Of a stretch of 64,000 bases of DNA, positions 36,408-45,125 are shown piece after piece. Origin of the DNA: an uncultured delta proteobacterium (GTDB lineage: Bacteria; Desulfobacterota; Binatia; UBA9968); assembly GCA_963755715.1 (NCBI GenBank), contig CAVWLW010000030.1, forward strand, positions 1 to 64,000, read 5' to 3'. Every line of letters starts with the position of its first letter. Position 1 is the first letter of the stretch. The notes below the pieces were generated by a model. That model ran no database searches and was not told the origin of the DNA. It saw only the letters and a list, made by a program, of their open reading frames with translations. The translations under genes and the position numbers were made by a program.

Positions 36408-36422
36408 TGGCACTGGCTTTGC
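36408..36422 (+). promoter_or_regulatory. sigma54 promoter of hemerythrin 2 and metallothionein
   Basis: TGGCAC-TGGCT-TTGC(T); TGTCGGCATAATGTTACA at 36298-36315. Confidence 0.78.
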
Positions 36423-36461
36423 TCGCTTGCGTTGATGCCGACAAATTTAAGGAGGTTGCTC

Positions 36462-36905
36462 ATGAACGCACTCGAACTGCTGAAGCAGGACCATCGGAAG
36501 GTCAAAGAGTTATTTGATCAAGCGAAAGCTGCCGCGGACGACAAACAGCGCAAGCAAATTTTTGATCGGATTGATACCGAACTGACGATTCACGCGCATA
36601 TCGAAGAGACGCTCTTTTACCCTGAGATGCAACAATACGAAGAGCTTAAGGACATGGTTGAAGAAGCTTTGCAGGAGCATCAGGAAGTTACGACCTTGCT
36701 CGACGAAATTGAAACCATGGAGCCGAACGATGATGAGTTTCAATCATCGCTCGAAGAACTTATGGAAACCGTCGAACACCATGTTCAGGAAGAGGAAGAT
36801 GAGATGTTTCCTCAGGTGCATGAGTTGTGCGACGAGGCAACGCTCGAAAAACTTGGCCAGCAGTTGGAGTCCGCCAAAGGAAAACAGCAACGCCAGGCTA
36901 GTTGA
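36462..36905 (+). CDS. Hemerythrin-like (HHE) domain protein 2
   Basis: LKQDH, HAHIEE..FYP, EH, HHVQEEEDEMFP; AAGGAGGT Shine-Dalgarno. Confidence 0.92.
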   Translation: MNALELLKQDHRKVKELFDQAKAAADDKQRKQIFDRIDTELTIHAHIEETLFYPEMQQYEELKDMVEEALQEHQEVTTLLDEIETMEPNDDEFQSSLEELMETVEHHVQEEEDEMFPQVHELCDEATLEKLGQQLESAKGKQQRQAS

Positions 36906-36957
36906 CCGTGGCGCGTGCCGGCTGCGAGCGTTTTCGTGAGAGGAAGAGAGTATTGGT

Positions 36958-37119
36958 ATGGCCAAACAAGATTGCGCTCACCCCGATTGTGACTGCGTGG
37001 TTCAAGATAACAGCGGCATTACGCAAGGCAACGACACTTACTGTAGCAGCTACTGCGCCAAAGCCGGCCCATCGAGTCAATCGAAAGAATGTGAGTGTGG
37101 CCATGCCGACTGTGAGTAG
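36958..37119 (+). CDS. Bacterial metallothionein-like protein (53 aa, absent from the ORF track)
   Basis: Manual translation MAKQDCAHPDCDCVVQDNSGITQGNDTYCSSYCAKAGPSSQSKECECGHADCE*; 8 Cys and 2 His in a BmtA/SmtA-like pattern; purine-rich RBS region upstream. Confidence 0.85.
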   Translation: MAKQDCAHPDCDCVVQDNSGITQGNDTYCSSYCAKAGPSSQSKECECGHADCE

Positions 37120-37182
37120 GGACAGCGCTCGGCAAAGGCCGGCAGCTTCATTCCACATGCACATGGTGTCGCCGATGAATCA

Positions 37183-38598
37183 TTAAAACATCTCCCGAAG
37201 CGCTTTTTGGGCGGCAAAATAGCCGCACATGCCGTGCACGCCGGCGCCCGGCGGCGTCGACGACGAGCAAAGATAAAGGCCCTTTTTTGACGTCGAATAC
37301 AACTGACGGGTCGGACGAAAAAAAAGTTGTCCGAGCGTAGGCGCGCCGCCACCGATATCGCCGCCGACGAGATTTGCATTGCGCCGCTCTAATTCGTGCG
37401 GCGGAGAAAGGTGGCGCACCAAAACCGTGTCGCGGAAACCCGGTGCGAACCGTTCTATCTGTGCTTCGATTCTTTCACTCGCATCTAGGTGCGAGTTGTT
37501 CGGCACATGACAATAGGCCCAAAGCGTGTGTTTTCCTTGCGGCGCCCGCGAGCTGTCGAAAAGTGACGGCTGAACTAGGAGCACGAAAGGTTTGCGCGCT
37601 TGATAGCCGCGCCAAGCAGCTCGCTCGGAAGCCGCAATCTCCTCCAGAGTTCCACCCAAGTGTACAGTTGCCGCTCGGGAGCATTCTTGCGCCGTCCACG
37701 GCACAGGCTCCCTCAGTGCCCAGTCTATTTTGAAAGCGCCCATACCATAGCGATACTGTTTTAATCTGTTCCGATAAACAGGAGATAGGCCGGGCCCGGC
37801 GATTCTCAGTAGCTGACGTGGCGTAACGTCGCAAAGTGTCACCCGGCAAGGAGGCAGTTCTTCAAGGCGGCGCACCGGCTGATTGAGAAAGACTTCGCCG
37901 CCCAAGGAGCGCAAATAGGAAATCAAAGCATCGGTCAGTTTTTGCGCTCCGCCACTCGCAAGCGGCCAGCCCAGCGCATGAGCCGTCACCGTTAAGACCA
38001 ATCCGAAAGCGGTCGATCCCCAGCTCTCGAGCGGCAACATCGAATGAGCCGCCACTCCGGCAAAGAGCGCCCGGGTTCGGCTGTCGCGAAAAGATCGCTC
38101 GGCAAACCGCCGCGCCGGTTGCATCGCCTGCAATCCAAACCGCGCAAAATTGACGGGATGGCGTGGCCAACGCGGCGGACCCAAAATGTCCCTGCCCAAT
38201 TCGTTCCACTGCGCTGTTAGGGGCGCAAATATTTTGCGATACGCGACTCCATCGACGCCGAGCGCATTCGCGGTGGCTTCGACAGATCGTTCCAACAGGA
38301 TTGCCGTGCCGTCGTCCAGAGGATGGGCGAGAGCCGCGCCCGGTTGGATCCATTCAAGGCCATGCTCGCCCAGAGGCAAAGCGGCAAAAAAAGGCGAGCC
38401 GATGGCCAGAGGATAAACGGAGGAACACAGATCATGGACATAGCCGGGCAGCGTCAGTTCCGCCGAGCGAACGCCGCCGCCGGCGCTTTCGTTGGCCTCA
38501 AACACAGCCACCGACTTGCCCGCTTGAGCGATAACAATTGCCGCAGCGAGTCCATTCGGACCCGAGCCGACCACCACGGCGTCGTAGGAGTCAGCCAC
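37183..38598 (-). CDS. FAD-dependent oxidoreductase, phytoene desaturase-like family
   Basis: DAVVVGSGPNGL, HDLCSSVYPL, WAYCHVP, NLVGGDIGGG, LCSSSTPPGAGVHGMCG. Confidence 0.9.
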   Translation of the reverse strand: MADSYDAVVVGSGPNGLAAAIVIAQAGKSVAVFEANESAGGGVRSAELTLPGYVHDLCSSVYPLAIGSPFFAALPLGEHGLEWIQPGAALAHPLDDGTAILLERSVEATANALGVDGVAYRKIFAPLTAQWNELGRDILGPPRWPRHPVNFARFGLQAMQPARRFAERSFRDSRTRALFAGVAAHSMLPLESWGSTAFGLVLTVTAHALGWPLASGGAQKLTDALISYLRSLGGEVFLNQPVRRLEELPPCRVTLCDVTPRQLLRIAGPGLSPVYRNRLKQYRYGMGAFKIDWALREPVPWTAQECSRAATVHLGGTLEEIAASERAAWRGYQARKPFVLLVQPSLFDSSRAPQGKHTLWAYCHVPNNSHLDASERIEAQIERFAPGFRDTVLVRHLSPPHELERRNANLVGGDIGGGAPTLGQLFFRPTRQLYSTSKKGLYLCSSSTPPGAGVHGMCGYFAAQKALREMF

Positions 38599-38769
38599 GC
38601 GACGGTGCCGTGCTTATCGTGCTTATCGCAGGAAGATAACCCACGCTCGAAGCATACCGCGTGGAATTATTCGCCGGCACAAAAATATTTCGCGTAATCG
38701 TGGCATCGCCACATGAATCGGCGCGCCTTGCGAATCGGAGAAAGTTTCGGCGGGAGTAGCGGTTTTGGG

Positions 38770-39129
38770 TCAAGTTGTGTGTTTGGTTTTGCGCTCTTTG
38801 AGCGAGTCGCGGATGAAATCACCGGCGGCCACCCCGGCGACGCTCGCTGCAGCCGAAATGAACGTCCTGATTAAATGACCGACAACGCTTGTTTTGGGCT
38901 GGTCCGAATGGTTGGACGTTGCTCTGGATTGCAAGGAGCGCCCGACTACCCACCCTAAGAAAGCGCAGACCCCCAATGTCGGCCACGGGCGTGTGCGCAC
39001 GTAATAGGCCGGATTCAACGTCGTAGTCGCCGTCGTTTCAATCTTGTTTTCGAGACGCTCGATTTTGTCGGCGAGCGCAAACCGGGTATTTTCAACTTCG
39101 CGGCGAACATCTTCTAGATTATCGTCCAC
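38770..39129 (-). CDS. DUF3618/YqjD-like small membrane protein
   Basis: EDVRREVENTRFALADKIERLE followed by RPW and a TM segment; AAGGAG Shine-Dalgarno. Confidence 0.75.
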   Translation of the reverse strand: MDDNLEDVRREVENTRFALADKIERLENKIETTATTTLNPAYYVRTRPWPTLGVCAFLGWVVGRSLQSRATSNHSDQPKTSVVGHLIRTFISAAASVAGVAAGDFIRDSLKERKTKHTT

Positions 39130-39142
39130 GGCCTATCTCCTT

Positions 39143-39563
39143 TTAGTGACCAGTCGCCCTCTCGCGAATATACCGGATGTCCTCTTTCGTGCTGCGCAAA
39201 GTTTTTTCGGGAATGGGCTTCGCTCCTGCCGCCCGGCTCTTGCCGATCAAAATAATGATGCCGCCGATAATACTATACGTCAATCCTACCGCCCCGAGAC
39301 TTCCCCAAAGAGGCAGTACCGTGTACTGCTCCAAGAGAAATACGATCATGAGGGACAAAAAAACGACGCCGATCGCCAGGACAAACGCTCCAATTCCCAA
39401 AGAAACGCTAGCCTTGGCAATCTTGCCAATCTCCTGCTTGGCTTCGAGCTTGGCCGCAGTAAATTCTTTGGTAGACAGAGTTCGCACATCGTGAAAAATT
39501 CCCCGCACCAACTGAAGCACGGTTTCGTTATGGTTGGTTTGGTGAACGTCCTTTCGTCTCCAT
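39143..39563 (-). CDS. YqjE-like 'phage holin family' membrane protein (one indel near the start)
   Basis: KEFTAAKLE, two TMs, PEKTLRSTKED; strong GAGGAGGT SD precedes the ATG at 39563, which is 1 nt out of frame with ORF 39143-39520. Confidence 0.8.
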
Positions 39564-40005
39564 ATCGAACTTACCTCCTCCCGACCGGCGCATTATTCAA
39601 AGCGATCAAAATTTTCTATCACTAAATATACAATGATAAGCGACCACGAAGAAAGACCCCGGCTGGCGGCACCATGCCGGACAGAGAATCTAAATTGTTG
39701 GATCCCTCGGGGAACATTTTCGAGTTGTTGGCCAGCGCGCCCATGCGAGAAGCGCTGGCCGCCACTGATTAAAGTTAGTTGGTCACTTTCCTACCACTCC
39801 TCGCCCATACGAAACCCGATTCAATGTTGACCACGTGATTGCCATGATCGGCATTGTCACCAGTCCGTTTCAAGGAAAATTTCGCCGAATCACACACACC
39901 ACCGCCTCGGCACTGAAGCCCAGTTTGCAGAAACTCAATCTGCTCAGCTCAGCGCAATTTACATTTACTGCCGCAGATTTCTTCGTGAACCGCTAGGAAT
40001 GCCGA

Positions 40006-40020
40006 GCAAACTTCACGCCA
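40006..40020 (-). promoter_or_regulatory. sigma54 promoter about 440 bp upstream of the YqjE-like gene
   Basis: Minus strand TGGCGT-GAAGT-TTGC(T). Confidence 0.55.
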
Positions 40021-40233
40021 TACATGAGTTCCCGGCTAAGTTCTTAAATCTAGAGCGTGAAAGAGTCCCCGGTGAGCAGTCGATCCACTCGTCATGTCCG
40101 AATTTAACCAACTCTTTGTTGATATTTTTCCACAACGACATGATAAAAACGATGATCGTCCGCTACGTTGTGGCGCGAAACGCACCTTCGAGCCACAAGT
40201 GCATGACCTGTCGACGTCAAATAAATTTTTAGA

Positions 40234-40712
40234 TTAATTTTCGCGCAGTCGCGGCAGCACGTGGCGTCCGTATTGCTCAAGGAAGGCAGACTGATCGGGA
40301 CCGGCGGCATGAAAAATCAAATGATCAAAGCCTAAGTCGACATAGCGCCGAGCGAATTTTACGTGAACGTCGGGATCGGCGGAAATACAGACTGACTGTC
40401 GTATCGTGTCGGCGCCGACTGCCTTGCCGTTTTCTTCGGACATTTTGGGCGTATAAATTTTTTCAGTAAACAAAGCTGGAAGGAAAACCCCCGCCCAGTA
40501 GTTTTTCCGGGTGGCGATGGCTTTGGTCTCATCGTCCGTAAAATCGGCCGCGAGCTCGATCATGCGTGGCATCTTGTCTGGATCTTTGCCCGCTTCTTTC
40601 GCGCCCGCGTCAAAGTTCTCGAGCATTTGTCGATAGGTTTCCGAGGTTTCGCCCCCCACGGTGATCAACCCGTCACCGTATTTGCCGGCAACTCGGGCGC
40701 TGTTCGGGCCGC
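40234..40712 (-). pseudogene. C-terminal half of an LLM-class (F420-dependent, G6PDH-like) oxidoreductase
   Basis: GPNSARVAGKYGDGLITVGG..GAKEAGKDP..CISADP..GFDHLIFHAAGPDQSAFLEQYGRHVLPRLR; no N-terminal half on this strand. Confidence 0.8.
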
Positions 40713-40866
40713 GGAAAAGGCCGGGTTGCGATTCGATCGATGTCAGCGATCCATTTTCACCCCTGGACAGAGCGGGGCCAAGCCTGCTTTGTATGGACGT
40801 GGCTTGGCGCCGCAGCCGCTAAAACCAATCGCATCATTCTCGGCACGGGAGTGACCTGTCCAATCG
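40708..40866 (+). pseudogene. Inverted near-N-terminal fragment of the same LLM oxidoreductase family
   Basis: With two 1-nt insertions removed: AAEKAGFDSIDVSDHFHPWTERGQACFVWTWLGAAAAKTNRIILGTGVTCPI. Confidence 0.75.
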
Positions 40867-41020
40867 AAGTAACTTTGCGGCCGCGAACAGCCTCAGCTTC
40901 TATGAGAGTCCATGGCCCGTGGCAGATCGACGCGATCGGCTTTCCCGCGGCAACAAACTCTTTAACGAATGCCACCGCCGGCGGATTCCAACGCCAGTCT
41001 GGTCCGGATTCATGACCCCG
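40864..41020 (-). pseudogene. Internal fragment of a PfpI/DJ-1 (YhbO-like) protein
   Basis: GVMNPDQ(LR)..AVAFVKEFVAAGKPIASICHGPWTLIEAEAVRGRKVTS (ICHGPW nucleophile elbow); both ends missing. Confidence 0.78.
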
Positions 41021-41264
41021 CTAAAGCGGATGGAATCGAAGATTCGCCTTCGTCATGACAAAATCAAGCATATCTTCATCGAATCCGACTCGCTAACGCC
41101 GCAAGCCGAGCCGCCATTATCCTGAAATTTTTGGTAGGAGGTTTGTTAGGTCGATATCCTCCTGTCGTTCAGGGATAACACTTCACTCCCATCCGAGGAG
41201 TCTTTTTGTTGTCGAGTTTAGTTTGTAATTTAGCTGAAGATAGAAATGTTTACATCGGGCGTGG

Positions 41265-41279
41265 TGGCACACTCCTTGC
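41265..41279 (+). promoter_or_regulatory. sigma54 promoter of the HtrA-like protease
   Basis: TGGCAC-ACTCC-TTGC(T). Confidence 0.78.
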
Positions 41280-41358
41280 TCTGATTTTTTCAGCCGCTCA
41301 CAGCGAACATGCTTCGATCCTCGAATCGTCATCTGAGGATTGGTTGGCCGGAGTTTGG

Positions 41359-42477
41359 ATGAAACGCTATCTGGTGCTTGCGGTATTACTTACCCTTGTG
41401 GCTTGCCGGGAGCAGGATGGGCTGGACCCGGTCAGCGGGACTCACCCTAGGCCAGCACTGGCGCGCGACGACCAGGTTAATTTCAAATTTACCCAGGCTT
41501 CGTATGCCGAAGCGATCGAACGTGCTGGTCCGGGTGTCGTAACAATTCGGGCCACGCGCCGGCTGCGGGCGGTGCAACAGCATCCTTTTCTCGCCGATCC
41601 ATTGTCTGGCGACCTTCAAGCTCAAGCAGGCCGGCAATTAGCGCTGGGATCCGGCGTCATCGTGGAGCCCAACGGGATCATTCTCACCAACCATCATCTC
41701 ATGGATGGCTCGGACTCGATTGTCGTCGAGTTAGTGGATCGCCGCGTCTTCGCTGCAAAAGTGCTCTGCGCCGATCCGCCCAGCGACTTGGCAGTGCTAA
41801 AAATCGATGCCCGCAGTCTGCCAGCTTTGAGCCTTGGGGATTCCGACCGTGTCCGGGTCGGCGACGTCGCCCTGGCCATCGGCAATCCGCTGGGCATCGG
41901 CCAAACCGTCACCGCGGGAATCATCAGCGCCAAGGGCCGCTCCACCGGGTTCAGCAACGGCAGCTTCGAAGATTTCTTGCAGACCGATGCGCCGATCAAT
42001 CAGGGCAACTCCGGCGGCGCATTGATCAGCGCGAGAGGGGAGCTGATCGGCATCAACTCGCAAATTCTCTCAAATTCCGGCGGCAATATCGGCATCGGTT
42101 TCGCGATTCCTTCCAATATGGCGCGCAATGTTTTGCAGCAACTCCTGACGACGGGAAAAGTTCGGCGCAGCCGTTTGGGCGTGGCGACGCAACCGATAAC
42201 ACCCGAGACGGCGGCAAATTTGGGACTCAGCGATTGGCGCGGAGTTGTCATTAATACGGTTGCGCCGAACAGCCCCGCGGCGCGCGCCGGAATGCGTCAG
42301 GGCGACGTCATAGTCGCGTTCAACGGCGCGCCGGTCACGGACGGAAATTCCTTGCGCAATCATGTGGCCAGCACCTTGCCGGGCACAGCCGTCGGTTTTA
42401 CAGTGCTACGCAATCAGCACGAGCTGAAGATTCAGGTGATCTTGACGGAAATCGAGTTAAAAAACGGCACGAGTTAG
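41359..42477 (+). CDS. HtrA/DegQ-family serine protease, lipoprotein, single PDZ
   Basis: MKRYLVLAVLLTLVAC lipobox; LGSGVIV, TNHH, DLAVLKI, QTDAPINQGNSGGAL; C-terminal PDZ. Confidence 0.92.
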   Translation: MKRYLVLAVLLTLVACREQDGLDPVSGTHPRPALARDDQVNFKFTQASYAEAIERAGPGVVTIRATRRLRAVQQHPFLADPLSGDLQAQAGRQLALGSGVIVEPNGIILTNHHLMDGSDSIVVELVDRRVFAAKVLCADPPSDLAVLKIDARSLPALSLGDSDRVRVGDVALAIGNPLGIGQTVTAGIISAKGRSTGFSNGSFEDFLQTDAPINQGNSGGALISARGELIGINSQILSNSGGNIGIGFAIPSNMARNVLQQLLTTGKVRRSRLGVATQPITPETAANLGLSDWRGVVINTVAPNSPAARAGMRQGDVIVAFNGAPVTDGNSLRNHVASTLPGTAVGFTVLRNQHELKIQVILTEIELKNGTS

Positions 42478-42543
42478 CGTACAGCAACCTATCGATTTAG
42501 GTTTCCGCGCGAAGCGCGGCAGCGTCTTCTCTCGTGCGAGGTT

Positions 42544-43260
42544 TTAAAGAAATTTTCGGTCCTTTATCGGGTCCGGCACCGTCAGCCCCATACCTTGGAT
42601 GATCGGGCCGACTTCTTTTATGAATTCCCAGCGCGCTTGACTGTTGCTGCGCCGCTTCAAACCCCAGTGGCAAAATCGATTCGATCGTTCAGAATCGCTC
42701 CGTCCGAACATATCCAACGCTTTGATGTACCAGAAGTCGACACTCCGTTGCGCGCGCTCCCGTTCTTCGTCGCCTTTAGCGGCAAGCTCGGCGGTCTGAT
42801 TGGTGCCGAAACCGATATGACCTATTTCCTCTTTCAGGATCTCCGGTAATATCCGTTGCAGCGGCAAATAACTGCAATCGAGAAATTCCTCCAGTTGATA
42901 GCGACCGACCCGATCGATCAGAAAGCCGAATACGGCAAAATCCTCCCAGGTTTTGATAACGCCGCGAAAGGCTTCTAGAGAGCGCTTCTGATTCGGTATG
43001 CTCAGCAGGAAAGACGTATCTGTACCAATGTCGCCGGCGAGCTTGGCGATTTTTCGGTAGTGGTCCATTTCTTCGGCGGCCGTGCGAGCGACGATCAATT
43101 GATTCACCTGACTGGGCGCCGTTGGCAAAATATCTTTGACGTAGAGATGGGGACCGCCGATTTCGCAGTCCGCTTGTATCGTCAGCACCCGTTCGAGCAA
43201 CTCCTTGTATTCCGCCGGCATTTTTTCCAAGTCTTCGCGCTCGATTTTATCTTCGAACAT
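42544..43260 (-). CDS. PaaA/PaaC-like ferritin-superfamily di-iron protein
   Basis: QADCE, AEEMDH, DRVGRYQLE, SYLPL, KEEIGH, ALDMFGRSDS, WGLKRRSN. Confidence 0.8.
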   Translation of the reverse strand: MFEDKIEREDLEKMPAEYKELLERVLTIQADCEIGGPHLYVKDILPTAPSQVNQLIVARTAAEEMDHYRKIAKLAGDIGTDTSFLLSIPNQKRSLEAFRGVIKTWEDFAVFGFLIDRVGRYQLEEFLDCSYLPLQRILPEILKEEIGHIGFGTNQTAELAAKGDEERERAQRSVDFWYIKALDMFGRSDSERSNRFCHWGLKRRSNSQARWEFIKEVGPIIQGMGLTVPDPIKDRKFL

Positions 43261-43293
43261 GACATCCCCCCTTTACCGTCAAAAAAACTGTAA

Positions 43294-44076
43294 CTATCTC
43301 AATGATTGCTGTCGGCTTTCGCCCGGCCCTGACCACCTTGCCAAATAGGCTTGTCCGCGCTCATAGCCGCGGCGAAAAGCGTCTTGCTCGCACAGCGCGC
43401 CATGGCGTGCGCGCAAAATAGCCACTGCGTCATGCCATGATTTGCCGCGGCATTGCGGTTCCAGCGCCGCTTCGAAACCACGGCGATAAGTAGCTTCGAT
43501 GTCGGCGAACGAACCGTCTGGTGAATCATATTCAGCCTCTTCCGCATCGCGCAGGCCAATCCACCACTGCTTTCTCGCCGCATCGACGCTTTCCGCGCCT
43601 TCCTGGTCCATGATTGCGCGTGCCTGCTCGATGCGCTCATCACTTTCGGACGAAACGATAATCAAACTCCGCCCTTTTTTCAGCGCATCTTCATAAAGAA
43701 AAATTTCGTCCTTAGGTACGCCGTGGGTAAGCATGCGTTCGAACAAATCTCCCGCCGCGCCTCCCGCCACTGCGCCGCCGAGACCCAGCACGCCCGCACC
43801 CAATCCGATCGCCAAGATCGGCCCAACACCCGGCAACAAAAGACTCCCAACGATCGCCCCGCCGGCAAGTCCGACTGCGCCTCCGGCGATACTGCCGATA
43901 GCCTTGCCCATACCCGGCTGTTCGGCATCCTCGGTCGCTATGGTTTCGACTTGATCGGGAAACTGCTCGGGCGTGAGCATAACCAGATTTTCATCTTTGA
44001 AATCGGCGCGCCGCAATTTTTCCCAGGCTGCCTGCGCGCTTCGTCGATCAGCAAAAATTCCCACGGCGTGGTTCAT
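43294..44076 (-). CDS. General-stress-type protein with glycine zipper
   Basis: AVGIFADR..A, glycine-zipper TMs with LPGVGPIL, GVPKDEIFLYEDALKKGRSLII. Confidence 0.75.
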   Translation of the reverse strand: MNHAVGIFADRRSAQAAWEKLRRADFKDENLVMLTPEQFPDQVETIATEDAEQPGMGKAIGSIAGGAVGLAGGAIVGSLLLPGVGPILAIGLGAGVLGLGGAVAGGAAGDLFERMLTHGVPKDEIFLYEDALKKGRSLIIVSSESDERIEQARAIMDQEGAESVDAARKQWWIGLRDAEEAEYDSPDGSFADIEATYRRGFEAALEPQCRGKSWHDAVAILRARHGALCEQDAFRRGYERGQAYLARWSGPGESRQQSLR

Positions 44077-44110
44077 AGCGTTCCTCCGATCCTTTTTTGT
44101 CTATGTAGGA

Positions 44111-44125
44111 GCAATCAATGCGCCA
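44111..44125 (-). promoter_or_regulatory. sigma54 promoter of the stress-protein/PaaA-like unit
   Basis: Minus strand TGGCGC-ATTGA-TTGC(T); IHF-like AATCAATAGATTT near 44165-44177. Confidence 0.7.
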
Positions 44126-44317
44126 GCCAACTCGCGCCGATCGTTTCAGGTAAATCCATTGAAAAATCAATAGATTTTTCGTTAAGACGTGGCGGCTTCG
44201 AACGCCGCGGAATAGGCAATCAACCTACCGTGCAAGCAAATCTGCAGGAGGAAATAGTGGACCAAACATGCGGTTTAGCTCAAATTAACAATCAAAGAAC
44301 CGTCGAGGCGAACGATG

Positions 44318-44881
44318 CTAAATTTTCCCGATCAGGTCCATCCCGGGTCTAAGCGTCTTTTTTCCCGGTCGCCAGTTGGCGGGACAGACTTCGCCTTCGT
44401 GGCCGCGCACGAAAATTGCTGCCTGCAACTTGCGCAAAATCTCGTCGGCGCTTCGCCCGATGCTATTATCATGGACTTCGTAAGCACGCAGGACCCCGTC
44501 GGGATCTACGATGTAGGTGGCGCGCAACGAAATGCCGTTTTCTTCGATGTAAGTCCCGAAATAGCGACATAGCTTCGCAGCGGGATCGGCGACCATCGGA
44601 TATTGAATCTTTTTTATCGCGGGCGACTGATCGTGCCAAGCCTTATGCACGTAAGCGGTGTCCGTGCTCACGCTGAGAATTTCTGCCCCGGCCTTTTTGA
44701 ATTCTTCGTAATGGTCCGCCGCATCCTCGAGCTCCGTCGGACAAACAAAGGTGAAATCCGCCGGATAAAATAGCAAGACCAACCATTTGCCTTCGTAAAA
44801 TGATAAACGGATTTTTTTGATTTCGCCGTCGTGATAGGCGTCGCACTCAAAATCATTGATCTTGTGGCCGACTTGTATCAT
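44318..44881 (-). CDS. ahpC: 2-Cys peroxiredoxin AhpC
   Basis: FYPADFTFVCPTE, HKAWH, IGR, VCPANW; ATG at 44881 with AAAGGA SD; 187 aa. Confidence 0.95.
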   Translation of the reverse strand: MIQVGHKINDFECDAYHDGEIKKIRLSFYEGKWLVLLFYPADFTFVCPTELEDAADHYEEFKKAGAEILSVSTDTAYVHKAWHDQSPAIKKIQYPMVADPAAKLCRYFGTYIEENGISLRATYIVDPDGVLRAYEVHDNSIGRSADEILRKLQAAIFVRGHEGEVCPANWRPGKKTLRPGMDLIGKI

Positions 44882-44958
44882 GAAAACGATCCTTTCTGGT
44901 TTTCTCCTCGAGTTCGCGACAAGCCTTGAAACAATCCACGCGACTACGTTGAGGGAGA

Positions 44959-44973
44959 GCAAGCGACGTACCA
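44959..44973 (-). promoter_or_regulatory. sigma54 promoter of ahpC
   Basis: Minus strand TGGTAC-GTCGC-TTGC(T); upstream paired sites TGTGTCGGCAGCGAGACA (45016-45033) and CGTGTCGCCGGCGCTACA (45047-45064). Confidence 0.68.
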
Positions 44974-45125
44974 GAGAAAGACAAACCGCTTCCAAAGGTA
45001 ACAAATGGCTGGCTATGTGTCGGCAGCGAGACAATCTTCGAGATACCGTGTCGCCGGCGCTACAAGTCAATACGAATGTTTGACGATGAATCTGGTGATC
45101 AAAAAAGCGAGCAGCTGGCCGGCAT

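Noticed and set aside
36898-37186. ORF-track calls 36898-37164 (-) and 36902-37186 (+)
   Set aside because: They overlap the better supported metallothionein frame at 36958-37119.
39143-39563. Prophage suggested by the 'phage holin family' protein
   Set aside because: No phage structural, integrase or lysin genes nearby; the context fits YqjE-like stress membrane proteins.
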